Shown here piece after piece: positions 13,011-23,845 of a DNA stretch of 64,000 nt (the first letter of the stretch is position 1; every line of letters starts with the position of its first letter). Source of the stretch: Laetmonice hystrix (lineage: Eukaryota); the NCBI GenBank assembly GCA_965235115.1, contig OZ249440.1, forward strand, positions 34,412,001 through 34,476,000, written 5' to 3'. The translations under genes and the position numbers were made by a program. The notes below the pieces were generated by a model. It saw only the letters and a list, made by a program, of their open reading frames with translations, was not told the origin of the DNA and made no database searches.

Positions 13011-15627
13011 TGGCAGGCAAATGCTTCCTTCAATGGAATTGTCGCGGTTTTAGAACCAATTTTAATGAGCTCAGACTTTTAGCAGAAAACCTCAATCCTC
13101 TTGCCTTTTGCCTACAAGAAACATTTCTTACTGCCCGAGACAAGGTCTCATTTAAGGGCTATCAGACTTTCTTTGGTTTTGCACCAGATGGTGACCGTGC
13201 TGCTGGCGGCACTGCCATTCTGGTTCCCACCATCCTTACATATGAAGGACCCAGCTTAGGGGAAAAACAACAAAGGTGGCAACTTAAGAAAGCCGACTGG
13301 CACTCCTTCTAGGCCCATTGTCGGGAGGAATTCAGAGCAGACAACATTAACGATCCTGAAGCAATGGGTGATTTTACCTCGCTTTTAATCTCCATTGCAG
13401 ACAGGACGGTTCCTGAAACCTCGACAATTCCTAAACATGTCTCAAATCCATGGTTTAATGATGACTGCAAACAGGCAATTAAAGACAGGAAGAAAGCAGA
13501 ACGCCTTGTTAACAGGCACCCAACTGCAGTGAACCTTACCAACTTTAAAATCATGAGAGCAAGGGCACGCCGTATCTGTAAAGAGAGACGGAGGCAGAGC
13601 TGGAGAGACTATGTCTCCAGCCTGACCTCTCGTACTCCTATCAAAAAAGTCTGGAACATGATACGGAAACTTAAAGGCAAGGGAGGTAGTTCTGGAGTCC
13701 AACATTTAAAACACCAAGACACCCTACTAACCACCACAGATGAAATAGCAAATAAACTGGCCAAAACTTTTGAAACAAACTCCTCCTCCAGGAACTGCCT
13801 CCCTCAATTCCAAGCCATTCGTGCTCGAAAAGAGAAACAAAAACTAAATTTCCACTCTGACAACACAGAAGAGTATAACCAACTCTTTTCCATTAAAGAA
13901 CTAAGATGCTCTCTTAAAAAATCACATGACACTGCAGTTGGACCTGACAAAATACATTACCAATTCTTAAAACATCTACCTGACACCACCCTTCTCATTC
14001 TTCTTCACATCTTCAACAATATCTGGATATCTGGTAATGTACCCCTTTCCTGGCAAGAAGCCATTATCATCCCCATCCCAAAACCAGGAAAAGACCATAG
14101 TGAAGCTAACAATTAAGTTGCCTGTGCAAAACCATGGAGAGAATGATCAATGATTGCCTCGCCTTGAAGCTCGAATCTGAAAAACTCATCACTGATTTTC
14201 ACTGTGGCTTCCGGCGAGGGAGAAGTACTCTGGATCATCTGATCAGACTTGAGACATACATCCGAGATGCTTTTATCAACCGTGAACATGTTGTTGCCGT
14301 CTTTTTTGACCTTGAAAAGGCATACGACACAACATGGAAGTACGGCATTCTAAAAGATTTACATGACATGGGTTTTAAGGGGCGTTTGCCCACTTTCATA
14401 TCTCAGTTTTTATCCAACAGACATTTTCAAGTCAGAGTAGGCAGTACCCTCTCTGACTTGCATGACCAGGAATTAGGTGTGCCTCAGGGAAGCATTTTGT
14501 CTGTTACCCTTTTTAGTCTTAAGATCAACAGCATTGTTAACTCGGTTAAAACTGGCATGCCCTGCAGCCTGTTTGTTGATGACTTTAACGTCTGCTGAAG
14601 AGGCAAAACATGAATGCCATTGAAAGACAACTCCAACTCTGTCTTAATAGAATCCATGCTTGGTCGGTGGAAAATGGTTTTAAGTTTTCCAAATCTGAAA
14701 CGGTCTGCATGCACTTTTGCAAGCTGCGAGCTTTCCATCTTGAGCCCGAGTTGACAATGGATGGAGATCCCGTCAAAGTTGTTAAAGGGACAAAGTTTCT
14801 AGGTCTCACCTTTGACAACAAGCTGTCTTTTATTCCTCACATTAAATCGCTAAAATCCAGATGCCTTAAGGCTCTGGATGTTCTCAAGGTTTTATCTGGC
14901 ACAAACTGGGGGGCAGACAGTACAGTCCTTTTACAACTGTACAGAGCTTTAATATTACGGCAGCATAGTTTACGGTTCTGCTTGTAAGTCTTACATATGG
15001 CTTTTGGACACGGTTCACCACCAGGGTTTGCGGCTTTCACTTGGGGCTTTTAGAACGTCTCCTGTTCAGAGCCTCTATGTGGAGGCCAGAGAGCCCTCGC
15101 TTTACAACAGGCGTCTGAAGCTGGCTCTGCAGTATGCAGTCAAGCTCGGGACAAACAGTTCAAATCCAGCTTACAATTGCGTTTTTCACCCTCAGTTCCA
15201 ACATCTAGAGCGCTTGAGACAGACGTCGAATTGTGTCCAATCCCAGCATCTGGGCTTATGTTAAAAACAAATGGCAGGCCGAATGGGATGAACAACCAAA
15301 CAAAAAGTTGTATCAGATCAGTCCCATCGTAAACCAAAGGTATCATCATAGCCTAACCCAACGGAGGCATGAAATTGTTTTTACTCGATGCAGAGTTGGT
15401 TATTCTAGATTAACTCAAGTGTTTTTATTGAAGGGGAGCCACCTCCAGAATGTTATGGCTGTCAGTGTCCTTTGACACTGAAGCATCTTTTACTCGAATG
15501 TGGTGATTTTACTCTCATCAGACAAAGGTTTTATAATGAGACGAGTCTTAGGGATCTTTTTGGCAATATCAGACCAGGAGTGATTTTAGAGTTCTTGTCA
15601 GAGGCTGGACTTCTGACTCTTTTATAG
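13010..15627 (+). pseudogene. LINE ORF2 (AP endonuclease-RT), disrupted by stops, frameshifts and deletions
   Basis: MAGKCFLQWNCRG, FCLQET, RT blocks split over several short ORFs. Confidence 0.9.
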
Positions 15628-15748
15628 ATGTGTTTTGGTGGTGTTCCCGTTGGGACCCGGGATAAAATAGGTTCCTTTAGTTTTATGAGATGGCCCCGGA
15701 TGCCGACACGGCGCAAAACCACCACTACTCACTCACTCACTCACTCAC

Positions 15749-17165
15749 TAATCCGGTCGAAGCTCGATTACGGTAGCATAGTTTATGGTTCTACTTGCAA
15801 GTCTTACATTCGGCTTTTGGACACGGTTCACCACCAGGGTTTACGGCTTTCACTTGGGGCTTTTAGAACGTCCCCTGTTCAGAGCCTCTATGTGGAGGCC
15901 CGCGAGCCATCGCTTGACAACAGGCGTCTGAAACTGGCTCTGCAGTATGCAGTCAAGCTCAGGACAAACAGTTCAAATCCAGCTTACAATTGCGTTTTTC
16001 ACCCTCAGTTCCAACATCTATATGAAAGAAAGGAAACGTACATACGTCCTTTTGGACTGAGGGTGAAACCTCATCTAGAGGAACTGGATATTGATCTGAA
16101 CGTCCTGGGGCAGACACATTTTTGCAACATTCCTCCTTGGGACCTGGAAAAGCCTGACGTTATTCTTCAGTTGGCTAAACTGAAGAAGTCAGAGACTCAT
16201 CCCCTGACTTATTTCGAACATTTTCTTGACGTCCAGGCAAGGTATCCCTCACATTATGCCTTCTATACTGATGGCTCAAAGGATGGCAGTGATGTGTCTG
16301 CGGCTGCAGTTCATGGCAAGCACAACTTTGGCACCCACATCTCAGGGCAAAGTTCCATCCTCATTTTCTCGGATTCCTTATCCTGTCTGCAAGCACTTGC
16401 TAACTTGAACACAGATCACCCAGTGATCGTTCAAATCTTGTCCAAGTTGGCAGTGCTTGCCAATGCAAACTTTGATATTCACTTTTGCTGGGTGCCTGGT
16501 CATGTTGGCATCCCGGGCAATGAGCAAGCTGACAGAACTGCCAAGAGGGCTCTTGAAACAGACGTCGAACTGTGTCCAATCCCAGCCTCTGACCCCAGAC
16601 CTACCATCTGGGCTTACATTAAGAATAAATGGCAGGCTGAATGGGATGAACAACCAAACAATAAATTGTATCAGATCAGTCCTGTCGTGAACCAAAGGTG
16701 TCTTCACGGCCTAACCCAACGTAGGCATGAAATTGTTTATACTTGATGCAGGATTGGTCATTCTAGATTAACCCACGTGTTTTTATTGAAGGGGGAGCCA
16801 CCTCCAGAGTGTCATGGCTGTCAGTGTCCTTTGACACTGAAGCATCTTTTACTTGAGTGTGGTGATTTTACTCTGATCAGACAACGGTTTTATAGTGAGA
16901 CAAGTCTTAAGGATCTTTTTAACAATGTCAGACCAGGAGTGATTTTAGAGTTTTTATTAGAAGCTGGACTTCTGACTCTTTTATAGTTCAGTCTCGTTGA
17001 AAGCCCGGTTGGGCTGACAGGATGGAGTGTGTTTTAATGATATACCCGGTGGGGCCCGGGATAAAATAGGTTCCTTTCATTTCATGGTCTTTTAACCCTG
17101 TTTTCGCCGTGAAGATGGCCCCGGATGCCGGCAAGGCGGAAAACCACCACTACTCACTCACTCAC
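15749..17165 (+). mobile_element. Nimb-like LINE 3' portion in tandem after the previous tail
   Basis: LIRSKLDYG through RNase H, zinc finger, 3' UTR of the 3012-3192 type, TCAC tail. Confidence 0.95.
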
Positions 17166-17310
17166 TCCACCACATCGTGTGCTGAAGGGTGCGTGGAGAA
17201 TTGCACCCCAATGCACCTTTGTCCCACATTTCATTTAGCTCATTTTCTGTTCAGGGCTCTTTTACGACAAGGCCTGTTTCCTTTTCCAGTTTTTAGTGAC
17301 TTGCATGTAC
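17166..17310 (-). pseudogene. Crypton-type (DUF3504/ZMYM-KCTD1-like) tyrosine recombinase, N-terminal piece (inverted)
   Basis: Minus strand reads GKGNRPCRKRAL...ENELNEMWDKGALGCNSPRTLQHTMWW (with a frameshift). Confidence 0.75.
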
Positions 17311-18402
17311 TCTGGCACTTAAAGCAACGCAGAGGATTTGGGATATAGGGATCGACTTTTACCTTCAGAAAGCCAATCTCGAGTTCATCTGGTAGAGTGG
17401 GCCTGTCGAATGTCAGAAAATATGTGTGTGTCTTGATGGTGTTACCATCTCGTTTCACTATCAATCTTCTGACTTCCGACACACCTTGCCAGCTCAACCC
17501 AGCAAGGATCTCCTGTTCAGTTGTAGTGTCAAGAGAGTTTGTTCTAATAACACCCTTGCTGGAGTTGAGCGTCCGGTGACGAGAGGCCTTAATACTGTAA
17601 CCTGCGAGTACTGTGGCACTCAGCAGGTTTGCAGATTGGGCCTTCGTGGCACACTCCACCAACAGTTGGCCAGACCTCAAACGTTTACAATCTTTGACTG
17701 TTCCAGCTATCCCCAATATACCTTTATGTATGGCAAAAGGGGATAGCTTAGATATTGGTCGTTCAGCTTCTGCCGATTCAACAATGATAAAACGAGGCCA
17801 TTCCGTCAAGTGTTCATTCTCCATAGACCGGTCCGAGTCAGATTCCGTCAGTTTCAGTAGTTTTCTTTTTGGGGGATTGTTTGATGCCATGTTTGTGTTA
17901 GAGTGGTTCACCAACCCTATTCCCCACCCTCCATGGAGCCCAACAAGGGGAAGTGCAGAGCTGCGGTAACCAGCAGTTGCAAACCAAGGATATAGGGTTG
18001 GTATACTCAAGCAATGGAACGAAAGAGGGTGTCGCCATTACTTGATTGACCCTAAGCCACCGCCTTCTAGGAATAAAGAAGAAATAGTTACGATAGATGT
18101 TGCCTATTGTATGAGAGAATTAAATCCACTGTAAAGGGTACTCAATACAAAAAATCCTAGGGCAAGGCGTGACCAGCCGATTGATTGGATCGGGCCTCTC
18201 CAACCTCCCGTCTAGGTGAAGTAGGAGCCAAAGCACCGTGTTGGACCTGTGAAAAGCCGCAGCAATTCACCGTCCTCAGGTACCAGGACCTCTTCCTCCA
18301 CCGACACGGGTCGCGACTCACGGCAAACAAGTCCCCCATTTATTCGCCTCTTACGAACAGCCAGGGGGGGCTGGGGAACATTCTGACCCCGGTCCCCGAG
18401 GG
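17311..18402 (-). mobile_element. Nimb-like LINE 5' portion with complete 5' terminus and first half of ORF1
   Basis: ORF 17240..18010; 5' end defined by the TSD at 18403-18414. Confidence 0.95.
18331..18402 (-). ncRNA. Candidate structured RNA (tandem pseudoknot) at the LINE 5' terminus
   Basis: Pairings ccct/gggg, ggggac/gttccc, cagcc/ggctg, gttcg/cgaat, ccc/ggg; second copy at 37510-37586. Confidence 0.55.
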
Positions 18403-19075
18403 CGATGTGGTGGATCATGTGCACACGTTTTGGAAAACGAGCAAATTTAAGAAAATCATGACATGAGATGGGGAGATGTCGAAGTATGAGAGAATGGGGA
18501 TTGCATTCAATATCTGATAAATAGAAAAAGAAGTACCAAAACCCGTCAAGGAGACAACATATCCGACATAAAAAATGAAATTAAAGTGTACGAGGATAAG
18601 GAAAAACCAGAATACTGTCCTGTCCAACTATAAAGCCGAAGACCTGCTGACATGTGCCATCCCGATTCCAATTTCTATCTCCAACCCAAGGTCTACAATT
18701 CTCCAGAAACGATGCAAAAGGACCAAACATGGTACAAAAATCAGGTAGAGTCTATAGAAAATATGTTTTAAATTTATTTTACTTTGGAAAATTATCTTTT
18801 CACAGTAAAATATACATGTAATACCTTTTTCAATCTTAAGTATAACGTACATTACCCTTTTGACTCTTTAATAACTGACAATTAATATTATCACAATTAA
18901 TATTATCGGTAATAATTCATTAGTATAAAAAATAAGGTTACAACTATATTACATTACATCTTAGGTACATGGAAATAACTCAATCAAGATGTACATGAAC
19001 CACATGACAACCAAATCTGGCTTCAAAACCCAACAACTCAGCAACACCAGTGCAAGGAAACATTTTGTGGGCACA
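18403..19075 (+). pseudogene. Crypton-type tyrosine recombinase, continuation (with intron about 18747-18963)
   Basis: MWWIMCTRFGKR...HDMRWGDV...STKTRQG...CPVQL...RPADMCHPDSNFYLQP...WYKNQ / GNNSIKMYM...SNTSARK. Confidence 0.75.
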
Positions 19076-19339
19076 TAAATGTGTCACTATCTCATTTAGG
19101 TCTAATATAGGCAGGTACATCGTTGGTGATCATCAGCAACCATTTTCTGATGCGTAACTGTACTGTTGTTTACTGATAATGTGCAGAATACTGCCTACAA
19201 TTCATAAGGCTGACACATTTTTGCATGTGCACATGAAAGCACATATTGAATTTGAGAGATCGGGAAGCTCATTATGTTGAGCTTGTCAATTTTGAAGGCC
19301 CAAAACAGAGATGTAAATACGGTTTTTAGGAGGAGATCT

Positions 19340-19450
19340 TTCCATTTCGTTCTTTCTCTCTTTTTCTCTTTCCCTCTCTTTCTCTCTTTTTCTCTTTCCC
19401 TCTCTTTCTTTCTTTCCCTTTCTTTCTTTTCCTTTCTTTCTTCATTCATT
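19340..19450. repeat. Pyrimidine-rich (TC) low-complexity tract
   Basis: About 110 nt of almost only T and C. Confidence 0.9.
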
Positions 19451-20262
19451 CAAGGTACAGGCTTTGCATTCATTAACTCAGATGACCAAATGGAATACAA
19501 CTTTGTTACGATAATGGTTTGTCATTGGGATCATATATATGTTCAGTGATATGTTGTGAAAGTACACATATATTGGAAGATAGTATGGGGGTGGTTAATT
19601 TGTTCGGAAAGAGTTGCCGATTCTTGTTGTTGATGTAAAAGATATACATGTAAGTGACATCTATAAAAGTTGCATTTCACAAATCCTTACTGGCTTTGTT
19701 TAATTATGTCATTATTAAATGTAGATCTACATCTAGTCTTGTTCATCACAGGTGAAATGAAAATGATACCCTAGACTGCCGGACTGGACTTATTCAGCAA
19801 GCACTTTTGATTCTTTGCAAGACTCCTGTTGATTCTGTTCCAGCATTGCCACAGGCACAAGTGCTGGAGGCTTTAAAAGAATCAAATTGATTCCGATTCC
19901 GTTTTCAGTGTATAATTCATCATAATTATAGGTTTCACGGATGCACCTTGTTCAACCAATGTGAGAGGCGGTTCATCTTTCTCTAGTAACTTTCTGGATG
20001 CTTTTGGAATGTGGTTATAGATACAGAATGTTTATAATAGTGTTTGTGACCTCTTTTTCTTTACATAAAAGTGCTGATATCAGATCAAGCAAGAAAATCA
20101 AGATCTTTAGGCCTGAAGACAGTGACCTTTACCAGAGTGGTGCAGGTGGATAGTTCTGTTATGTCAATTTTGCTTTATCCAGTTTGTGTTACAGGTTTTT
20201 GTACATATATTTTTGCATTAAGCACGTTGAAGAATTTTTTTGATATCTTCCAATATGACCGC

Positions 20263-21111
20263 TGTTACGTGGCCAACGGCAGTAGATGACAAACACCCGG
20301 AATTTAATTTTAAAACAATTTAATGAATCCTCAGTTACACAATGATGATAAAATACGGTCTGATTCACAATCATAAAACTCAGTGTTTTACCTTCTGGAA
20401 TGTTCCTACCATCTATTGTGGTCTATTGTCCCGTCTGCAATTCCAGAACGTTCTCAGTCCATCCAAATCAGAGTTCGAATAAAGTTCTAGTTGATTTCCT
20501 CCGTGGATTTCACAAGCCCAATGTCCACACGTAAATCCAAAGTTCACATAGAGTTTCAGTGGTTTTCCTCCGTGGTTGTCACAAGCACAATGTCCACAGC
20601 ACAAGTTCAGATACGTACTCCAGGAATCCGTGGATAAATCTTCCTATTGAAGTCGCCAACTTCAGTAGCACACAAATTGAAGACTTGTAGCTCTAGGCTA
20701 TAGTCTACTGTCCACAAACTGCTCCAAGCCCAAATACGACAGCTTTCGTAATCCCTCACTGAGCGATAATACACAATTCTCACAATCGTCAATCAGGTCT
20801 TGTTCCAACGTAGTCACTAACGTTAAACTACACTCTCTGTTAGATCTCAACGCAAGTCTCCCCGCATCATCAGTTCTACCAGCTTATATACCTTCAGTTT
20901 AAGAACCTTCTCGTTGTAGAATGTTCGACTGTCACTGGATAATTCTAGTTGTTTGAGAAGCTTCTAAATTCCAACTATTACGGCCGAACTTTCTGGTCCC
21001 GGAACCTCCTACTCAAGCTCCCTCTGGCGGGACATGTAACTAACAGACCAGACCACAGCGCCACCTGGCGGATTATAATTAACTGAGGAATTCCACCTCA
21101 CACACATCACA
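20263..21111 (-). mobile_element. Solo LTR (Gypsy-like), 849 bp
   Basis: TG...CA ends (tgttacg...catcaca), 4-bp TSD ccgc on both sides, related copy at 50838-51583; strand inferred from tatataag and attaaa on minus. Confidence 0.85.
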
Positions 21112-21718
21112 CCGCCATATTGGGGGAAAACATATTTCAGAGCATATTTCAGTACTTATTCAACCGCCCATAGACTTGAAATACGTAAATAGGGCATCTA
21201 TGCCCTATTGGACATTTCATTCGGCACTTTACTGTTGGCCTTGACATTAAAAATCAAGTCAGGTAATATGGCTGACCAGTCCTCTCTCACCTTGTAGATG
21301 CCAATTGGGGGATAAAAAAGCCCCTTGCACTGTGTACAGCATTTTGGGACGTAGGTCTATCTCATAAGGCCTACTTAGGGCACCATTTTCTTTCAAATTA
21401 GGCCTAGACACAAAGTCACAGGCCTACGTCGGGCATGGGGTTGTAGGAGCCGTGTGTCTCACCTTGTAGCAATCGGAGATGAAGAGATCAACTATTGAAA
21501 ATACAATTGGTCCGTATAGAAATATTGAGTGAGTGAGTAAGTGAGTAGTGGTGGTTTTGCACCGTGTCGGTATCCGGGGCCATCTTCACAGCGAAAACAG
21601 AGTTAAAAGACCATAAAACCAAAGGAACCTATTTTATCCCGGGTCCCAACGGCAACACCACCAAAACATAAATGAGTCAGAAGTCCAGCCTCTGACAAAA
21701 ACTCTAAAATCACTCATG

Positions 21719-21894
21719 GGCCCGGTTTTTAGTTCGTCACTTTACCAATCTTAAGACTGGAATTTTAAGACTGACTTGTGTTATGGGCTCTCATTGGCTG
21801 ACTTCATTCGAAGGACCAATCAGAAGCTCTGAAACAAGAGTTCAGTCTTAAGATTTGAATCTTAAGACTGAGTTTGCAAACTAAAAACCGGGGC
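21719..21894. mobile_element. PIF/Harbinger-type MITE
   Basis: TIR ggcccggtttttagtt / aactaaaaaccggggc, inserted in the LINE site cactcCTGgtctga. Confidence 0.85.
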
Positions 21895-22862
21895 CAGGTC
21901 TGACACTGCTAAAGAGATCATTTAAGACTTGTCTCATGAAAAAAACCTTTGTCTGATGAGAGTAAAATCACCACATTCGAGTAAAAGATGCTTCAGTGTC
22001 AAAGGACACCGACAGCCATAACATTCTGGAGGTGGCTCCCCCTTCAATAAAAACACATGGGTTAATTTAGAATGACCAACTCTGCATTGAGTAAACAATT
22101 TCATCCCTATGTTGGGTTAGGCCGTGACGGTACCTTTGGTTCACGACGGGACTGATCTGGTACAATTTATTGTTTGGTTGTTCATCCCATTCAGCCTGCC
22201 ATTTGTTCTTAACGTAAGCCCAGATGGCAGGTCTGAGGTCAGAGGCTGGGATTGGACACAGTTCGACGTCTGTTTCAAGAGCCCTCTTGGCAGTTCTGTC
22301 AGCGTGCTAATTACCAGGGATGCCAACATGACCGAGCACCCAGCAAAAGTGAATATCAAAGTTTCCATTGGCAAGCACTGTCAACTTGGACAAGATTTGA
22401 GCGATCACTGGGTGATCTGTGTTCAAGTTAGCAAGTGCTTGCAGACAGGTTAAGGAATCTGAGAAAATGAGGAAATCCTATTTGCCAGAAACTTCAATAT
22501 TTTGAAGGGCAAGAAGCAGGGCCCGGGCCTCTGCTGAGAAGATGGAACTTTGTCCTGAGATTCGGGTGCCGAAGTTGTGCTTGTCATGAACTGCAGCCGC
22601 AGACACATCACTGCCATCCTTTGAGCCATCAGTATAGAAGGCATAATGTGAGGGATACCTTGCCTGGACGTCAAGAAAATGTTCGAAATAAGTCAGGGGA
22701 TGAGTCTCTGACTTCTTCAGTTGAGCCAACTAAAGAATGACGTTAGGCTTTTCCAGGTCCCAAGGAGGAATGTTGCAGAAATGTGTCTGCCCCAGGACGT
22801 TCAGACTAACATCCAGTTCCTCTAGATGAGGTTTCACCCTCAGTCCAAGAGGACGTACGGTA

Positions 22863-23053
22863 CCGTATATGTCCCTTTAGCTGCGCACTACCTATTTGCC
22901 GCGCACCCCGGCATTTTTTCAAACAAGCTGTGCCGGAAACCCGTATTCGACACACCACCTAGTGTAAAAGTTTGTAAGCTCCCGGCGCAACCTCCCATTG
23001 CCGCGCACTGCTTTTCTGCACACGCACATGAGCAGCTAAAGGGACATATATGG
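22863..23053. mobile_element. Tc1/pogo-type MITE
   Basis: TIR ccgtatatgtccctttagctgc / gcagctaaagggacatatatgg, TA TSD. Confidence 0.88.
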
Positions 23054-23845
23054 TATATACCTTTTTCTTTCGTTCATATAAATGTTGGAACTGAGGGTGA
23101 AAAACGCAAATGTAAGCTGGATTTGAACTGTTTGTCCTGAGCTTGACTGCATACTGCAGAGCCAGCTTCAGACGCCTGTTGTCAAGTGAGGGCTCTCTGG
23201 CCTCCACATAGACGCACTGAACAGGAGACGTCCTAAAAGCCCCAAGTGAGAGCCGCAAACCCTGGTGGTGAACCGTGTCCAAAAGCCGTATGTAGGACTT
23301 GCAAGCAGAACCGTAAACTATGCTGCCATAATCGAGCTTCGACCGGATTAAAGCTCTGTACAGTTGTAAAAGGACTGTATTGTCTCCACCCAAGTTTGTG
23401 CCAGATAAAACCTTGAGAACATCCAGAGCCTTAAAGCATCTGGATTTGAGCGATTTAATGTGAGGGATAAAAGACAGCTTGCTGTCAAAAGTGAGTCCCA
23501 GAAACTTTGTCTCTTTAACAACCTTGATAGGATCTCCATCCATTGTCAACTTGGGGTCAAGGTGGAAAGCACGCAGTTTGCAGAAATGCATGCAGACTGT
23601 TTTAGATTTTGAAAATTTAAAACCGTTTTCCACGGACCATATGTGTGGATTCTGTTGAGAGAGAGTTGGAGCTATCTCTCGCTGGCATTCATGTTTTTGC
23701 CTCTGCAGCAGATGTCAAAGTAATCGACGAACAGGCTGCAGGGCATGCCAGTTTTAACCGAGTTAACAATGCTGTTGATCTTAAAGGGGCATGCTATGAA
23801 ACACGTTTTGGAGGATTTCCGGCAATTATCCAACATGACCGTGTA

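Larger units (their letters stand above)
11301..15748 (+). mobile_element. Near full-length, decayed and chimeric Nimb-like LINE (5' UTR, ORF1, ORF2, 3' tail)
   Basis: 5' UTR matches 18000-18340 reverse complement; ORF1, EN start LQWNCRG/CLQET, RT, tail (ctca)n; several internal deletions. Confidence 0.95.

Noticed and set aside
15628..15750. Novel N-terminus on the 372-aa ORF
   Set aside because: Chance read-through of the upstream copy's 3' UTR and tail into the next copy
18331..18402. Canonical HDV-like ribozyme (GUUCCCCA-GCC...GGC...GGCGAA...UGGGGGAC resembles HDV P2, P3, J4/2)
   Set aside because: No proper P1, no GG for P1.1, and L3 lacks the conserved U and G; kept as an unclassified structured RNA
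19195..19549. Lys/Glu/Arg-rich and Phe/Ser-rich ORFs
   Set aside because: Translation of a TC-rich low-complexity tract
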